Of a stretch of 64,000 bases of DNA, positions 60,601 to 64,000 are shown in pieces. Every line of letters begins with the position of its first letter. Position 1 is the stretch's first letter. The stretch covers positions 46,607-110,606 of the forward strand of contig JAKLKB010000003.1 of assembly GCA_023150835.1 (NCBI GenBank), in the 5' to 3' direction. The translations under genes were made by a program, and so were the position numbers. Below the pieces are notes generated by a model. The model was given only the letters and a program-made list of their open reading frames with translations, was not told where the DNA came from and searched no databases. Origin of the DNA: Myxococcota bacterium. Its GTDB lineage: Bacteria; Myxococcota_C; UBA6777.

Positions 60601-61325
60601 GCGGGTGGCAAGTGACGGCCTACGCTTCGCGCCGCGTCCTCGATGAAGAACTTGAAATCCAACAGATCCCTGTCGAAGATCCCCCTCTTCCCGAGTCCTT
60701 GGCTGCTTTAGAAGAGCTTCAAAAACGCAAAGACCGCCGTCCCAACAACGCAAATGCAAGCGCAAATGCAGCTCCCTCCGAACAAGAAAACGAGCAAGAA
60801 TCTATCCGCCGCGCCAACGAACAACGCCTGCTCGAATTCAAAAAGCGCAACTCTCTCGAATACCGCCGCTGGCTCTGGCGCGAGCTCGATCCCCCCGATC
60901 TCGCAGAGTCCGAGATGCGAAAACGCCGCATCGAGCGCCTACTTGATCAGCTTTACTCTTTTAGCGGCGACGAATACCCCCGTGTCATGGTCTTTGAAGG
61001 CCAGCACGCCGCAAGCCTACTCAACCACGAAAGCGGCCTCCACACCCGCATCGCCCGCGATCAAACCGAGCAAGTTAAAGTCTTTTACGCCGATCAGCGG
61101 CCCTCCAAAAAAGAACAACTCCTTCATCCCGTCGATCTTTCCGAGAAATGGAGCACACAACGCCTTCGCACCGCCCAAGAAAACAAAAACCTCTTGATCG
61201 ATCATGTCCTTGATACGCACGTCTACCTCGAACCCCGCCTCCACCTTCTTTATGCTCGCATGATGCGCAGCCACATCTACGTCAACACCTTCGGCGAACA
61301 AGCCGCCAAGTGGCTTCGCACCTAG
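57678..61325 (+). CDS. Giant ClpA/ClpB-family double-AAA+ ATPase (about 1216 aa) with novel N- and C-terminal domains
   Basis: D1 has Walker A GPSGCGKS and a ClpB-like LKPYLAGRRITVIGECS block, but its Walker B is IWYIGDVLH, with no DE. D2 has Walker A GPTGVGKT, Walker B VLLLDEIEKAH and ARPLKRVLEQ. The D2 loop RRQVGFDQGD parallels the ClpA IGL / ClpX IGF ClpP-docking loop. The start MNPQD at 57678 has a GGAG RBS. Confidence 0.8.
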   Translation: MNPQDSTPAKDTAPQEAQQTQIIKLKLFVQEHHDGQFTLEVLGKRDICVYTPDLDQGREELMLMLVDLVERSHPRLQSSFQPPEDIEHHTIEIPRVVYVSDASGRSATPTKVSMFLQRDRKWQRLYFPRLDCHYWLSIEAPLEENAISFLQQHQFKKMSDHARLNQRYEKKEWIEELEIEAIRPPLEEFTGRYLGVDLLPTPAERKEAEEKEEEENAQKQGKKGKKRPNTPTFKKIGIPIAQQAKDKELEHAYGRDKEIESLFGMLQAKGGKAIVLVGPSGCGKSALLSELAYRVTHPDTPEALRERPIWFADANRVVATDGWFGDWQRQCLDVIQEAIDAEVIWYIGDVLHLLDAGKNVRSEQNVAMMLKPYLAGRRITVIGECSSRNFAQLELRDVGFARMFSPFRLEDPPPETIRSILQEVSKDLKKERAIDVSSQGLDTTMELSRRFQSSQSLLGHSVAFLRRLVDDASSTEAPPKEPLGRNEVIAHFCSETGMPAFLVRDDLPLDPEAIWMSFRTRLIGQEEAIRRMTDLVAMIKAGLSDLGRPLGSFLFVGPTGVGKTEMAKCLTSFLFGREDRLIRFDMSEFIDASSVYRFLGDAQNEGKLISAIRRNPFSVLLLDEIEKAHPAVFDVLLQVLGEARLTDEAGRTADFRNVVVLMTSNLGVGTFRRQVGFDQGDALRFRDHFLAEAERFFRPEFFNRIDYIIPFMPLESEAIHQITVREMNKFLRREGIQHRELQLQIDPLVHPWLAERGVNPRYGARPLKRVLEQQLTAPLARHLSSQRGPHIGQIGVQPEKEALQFTNLGQSKRQDTQQARATLQKLLEQIGLVRYRAQRWSRTTLFRELHQKVRLFDRLSQSPNFWNDHHTAEQYVKNIDAERQVIEQYRSFQEMICSIEDLAYETYYDRSVSQKHTLEEELAQAEKSLEALEFQLYGQRFQHPNAATLYFEPGKSAAGFLRALLETYIEIAIERGWQVTAYASRRVLDEELEIQQIPVEDPPLPESLAALEELQKRKDRRPNNANASANAAPSEQENEQESIRRANEQRLLEFKKRNSLEYRRWLWRELDPPDLAESEMRKRRIERLLDQLYSFSGDEYPRVMVFEGQHAASLLNHESGLHTRIARDQTEQVKVFYADQRPSKKEQLLHPVDLSEKWSTQRLRTAQENKNLLIDHVLDTHVYLEPRLHLLYARMMRSHIYVNTFGEQAAKWLRT

Positions 61326-61717
61326 CCGCACAAGCAAAGTCAAGGATTCATCTAGCTCAAGGCTTCTACGAAGACCACAGGCAATCCATCGCAAATAGGG
61401 GGATGTTCGAGATCTTGAGCAAGATGTTCTCCCAAAGAAAGCGCTGAAAGATAATCGACTTGGATTCCAACGACTTGGATGGGGACTCGTACATATCTAT
61501 CTCCACGCCCCTCTGTCAATCTTCCTGTTCCCGCTTGCCCTCGTTTCTAGCGTCGCTCCTGCCCACCGCTCACCTCCACGATAATCTTGACAAAAAAGGC
61601 AAACCGTCCTATCCATCGAAACACATCGGGTTTTGCTGTGCTTTTCTTCCAAGAAATCCAACAGCGACCACGCACCGAGAAACAATGGACTTTTTTGTCC
61701 GATAAAGGAGCCCCACC

Positions 61718-62164
61718 ATGAGCGAAAACCAAGAGAGCGGATATCCTGGGAGGAGAGAAAAACAAGTCAAGTACAAAGCAATGCCGTTGGTGTATTCATG
61801 TTCGGGTTGTTCGAGTGTTGCGCAGTTGGCGAATGCGTTGGCAGTGCGACTGGATCGAGAAGAACTGGCCGAGATGTCCTGCATCGCGGGGGTGGGTGGC
61901 GGTGTCAAAGCGTTGGTCAAAACAGCCAAGTCCCAAAGACCGATCCTTGCGCTCGATGGTTGCCCGTTGCATTGCACTCTTCATTGCTTGGAACAACAAG
62001 GCGTCGAACCCACGGTGCATGTCGATCTGTCGACTTTTGGCTTGCGCAAACGCTTTCACGAAGACGCGCTCCCCGAAGAACAAGCCTATGCTTGGGAACA
62101 AGCCATCGAACCCGCTCTTGAACAACTCAAATCTCCCCCGATCGAGCGGGCCAAAAGCGCTTAA
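61718..62164 (+). CDS. DGC-domain-like cysteine-rich putative zinc-binding protein
   Basis: YSCSGCSS ... LDGCPLHCTLHC gives a central DGC motif and conserved Cys/His. The family assignment is from memory. Confidence 0.45.
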   Translation: MSENQESGYPGRREKQVKYKAMPLVYSCSGCSSVAQLANALAVRLDREELAEMSCIAGVGGGVKALVKTAKSQRPILALDGCPLHCTLHCLEQQGVEPTVHVDLSTFGLRKRFHEDALPEEQAYAWEQAIEPALEQLKSPPIERAKSA

Positions 62165-62185
62165 AGGCAAGAGGATCGCGAACGC

Positions 62186-62629
62186 ATGGAATGCCAAGTC
62201 TGCTTCAATCGCAATCTGTACACCACTTTTCACACCCTGTGGCTGCGTTACATCCGTTGGGGCGTGGCGCGCTCCCGTCTGACGCCTCTGCTGTATCCCT
62301 TCGAGATGCTGCTCAATCCGCTGTTGTTGGCTTCGGTTCTTTGGCTGTGGACGGGTTGGTCTTGGCTGTGGGGTTGGTCGCTGTTGTTGATCAACCTGCG
62401 CGATATCAGCCAATGGTGGATACTGCGTGGAAAGCATCGGTGGTTCTGGGTCTGGATACTCGGCCCGTTTCGCGAGATCGTGTACTCCTGGCTTGCGGCA
62501 CCTTTCTACCACACCGTCCAATGGCGCGGACACACACTGCGCGTCGGCGCTGGAACTCATCTCTTCGTCGTCTATCCACCCCAAGAACGCACGCAAGAAC
62601 AACCCCAAGAAGCCCCCAAACGCTCGTAG
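62186..62629 (+). CDS. Hypothetical Trp-rich membrane protein
   Basis: 147-aa ORF with 2-3 TM helices. It lies downstream of the DGC protein with a 20-bp gap. Weak support. Confidence 0.35.
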   Translation: MECQVCFNRNLYTTFHTLWLRYIRWGVARSRLTPLLYPFEMLLNPLLLASVLWLWTGWSWLWGWSLLLINLRDISQWWILRGKHRWFWVWILGPFREIVYSWLAAPFYHTVQWRGHTLRVGAGTHLFVVYPPQERTQEQPQEAPKRS

Positions 62630-62906
62630 TCACCGCCGATGTAGCAGAAACTTAGACGAGATCCGCAGGGTGCGTGATCACAAAACGTCGGGGCAGACAG
62701 GTGTGACGAACACTCGGACACATCCTCTGTAAAGCCCATCCAGCAGGAGATATCTGACAGGGACACGTTTCGTTTGACCCTCACCCCAGCCCTTCGGGCG
62801 TCCCCTCTCCCTGCGACGCTCGCAAAGCCTCGCTGCTGCCGCGAGGGGAAAGCACAGAGCAAAGCAGAAGAGAAACAGAATGGAGCCGCGATGATTGGAT
62901 TTCGTA

Positions 62907-63311
62907 CTAAGCGGACAGACCGGGGGATGGGGTTCGTTCGGGGTTGAGCGACATACGGCTGTGGGGGAGTTCTTGGTCACGGATCTTTTGCAAAGCCCGG
63001 CACATCGTGGGTTTGCTGACGCGAACCTTGGCGCACGAGTAGAAGTCTTCGCAAAGGGCTTCGAGGGTGGCTTCGGGTTTGTTCGCGACGATCTGGCGAA
63101 GTGTGGATAAACTGCCTTGATCGATGCGGGGTTGTGGGCCACGACGATAATCTTTGGGTTGAAGGTGGCCTGTATCACGGAAACGCTTGAGCCAATTTTG
63201 GACGGTGGCCAAGCACACACAAAAACGGCGGGCCAACTCACGTTGCGAGCCTTCACCGTTTTTGTAAGCATTGATCACACGGATACGCAGATCATTGGAA
63301 TAAGGACGCAT
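62907..63311 (-). pseudogene. IS630/Tc1-mariner family transposase N-terminal (HTH) fragment; DDE domain missing
   Basis: MRPYSNDLRIRVINAYKNGEGSQRELARRFCVCLATVQNWLKRFRDTGHLQPK is the typical IS630 ORF-A HTH region. The ORF ends after about 135 aa, and no DDE-encoding continuation appears in any frame. Confidence 0.55.
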
Positions 63312-64000
63312 GGAAAACTCCTTGTGGATCGGATGCAGGGGTGGAGAGTCGCGAAAGCCAAGCAGCGACGTGAGGAGTCGGGCTTGGCTTGGCGAGCGAT
63401 GGGAGGCGTTGCGAAGATATTTTTTCGGAAAATGTTGTGCTTCGGCGATCTTTTGCGATAGCAACGGTCGCCCATCTCACAAAAATCAAACCTTGTGTGG
63501 CTTACTTCGTTTGAAGCAGTCGCCGCTGGTTTGGATACGCTTATGCGTCCAAAAAGCCCAACAACACAAAAGAATCGCTTTGGAGTGTGTTTTCAGCGAA
63601 CACTTTTCCTCGAAACGACACAAAAATATCGAAACCAACGCCGTCTTGAAACGACAGCCTCAGCCCTGCGGGTTCAACTTCCCCTCTCTCCCGCGATTTA
63701 CGGCGTAGAGGAAGTGGAAAACGCTGGGTGCTTTTGACAAAGAAACAAAACCACGTGGAAAAAGCCCGCAACGCAAGCCTTCCACAAAAAACCAACGAGC
63801 CAAAACATAAAAAACCAAAGAACCCAAGAGATCAGAGAATTCGATCCCGATATACGTCCTGCGACGTCAACTTTCCCTCCGATTTGAGCGTGGTGTGCGG
63901 TTGCAAACACCGAAGCATCGGCACAACACAAACCAGCGTAGAGAAAGTGGATGGCGTAGGATCGCTTTTCCAACCACCCGTCGATACGGGTCAGGGTGTG

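Noticed and set aside
1-64000. tRNA or rRNA genes
   Set aside because: I found no T-loop (GTTCGAATC-like) / acceptor-stem combination and no rRNA-like conserved block while reading the intergenic regions. I cannot exclude a tRNA without a covariance-model scan (tRNAscan-SE, Infernal).

Overview
This is a GC-rich (roughly 57-60%) bacterial chromosomal window, most plausibly from a Myxococcota-type genome (myxobacterial or Bradymonas-like). The evidence for that placement is threefold. First, three very large secreted proteins or lipoproteins are built from dozens of copies of the Myxococcus cysteine-rich repeat (CGDGxVQxGEECDDGNxxNxDxCxxxC). Second, two proteins carry MYXO-CTERM-type tails (GC motif, then a TM helix, then an Arg cluster). 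Third, there are many lipobox signal peptides and a protein with a C-terminal type-IV-pilin-like domain. I call about 39 protein-coding genes and recognise no rRNA, tRNA or CRISPR.

Housekeeping and accessory genes include two MFS transporters, a D-aminoacylase, an SDR epimerase fused to a DoxX domain, a class II cytochrome c lipoprotein and an SMI1/KNR4 (SUKH) immunity-like protein. There is also a matrixin-like Zn metalloprotease with a MYXO-CTERM tail, a bacterial-type PARG (TIGR02452/DUF2263, GGG-X7-QEE), an HSL-family esterase and an orphan ClpP. Further along are a DinB/MDMPI-like protein, an orphan beta-class N4/N6 DNA methyltransferase, a class II glutamine amidotransferase, a zincless Fpg/Nei glycosylase and a Rieske / OM beta-barrel / di-heme (DUF1111) operon.

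The right end carries a mini exosortase-like membrane protein whose gene overlaps a 1100-aa polytopic protein ending in an EPP-type sorting signal. After it come a 1216-aa ClpA-like double-AAA+ ATPase, a DGC-domain protein and an IS630 transposase remnant.

Non-coding structure is rich. A ~120-bp structured repeat occurs at least 6 times, always co-oriented with the downstream gene. A second palindromic repeat sits immediately 3' of three stop codons. A third hairpin/direct-repeat family lies upstream of the Clp ATPase and of the giant adhesin gene. Several in-frame coding tandem repeats (VNTR-like) are also present.

The most unusual observations are:
- the dedicated mini-exosortase / target pair;
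- the giant ClpA-like unfoldase, which has a degenerate D1 Walker B motif and a ClpP-docking-like VGF loop;
- a complete MYXO-CTERM tail followed in frame by a complete lipoprotein signal peptide inside one 2506-aa ORF.

All functional calls are motif-level inferences from reading the translations. No database search was possible.
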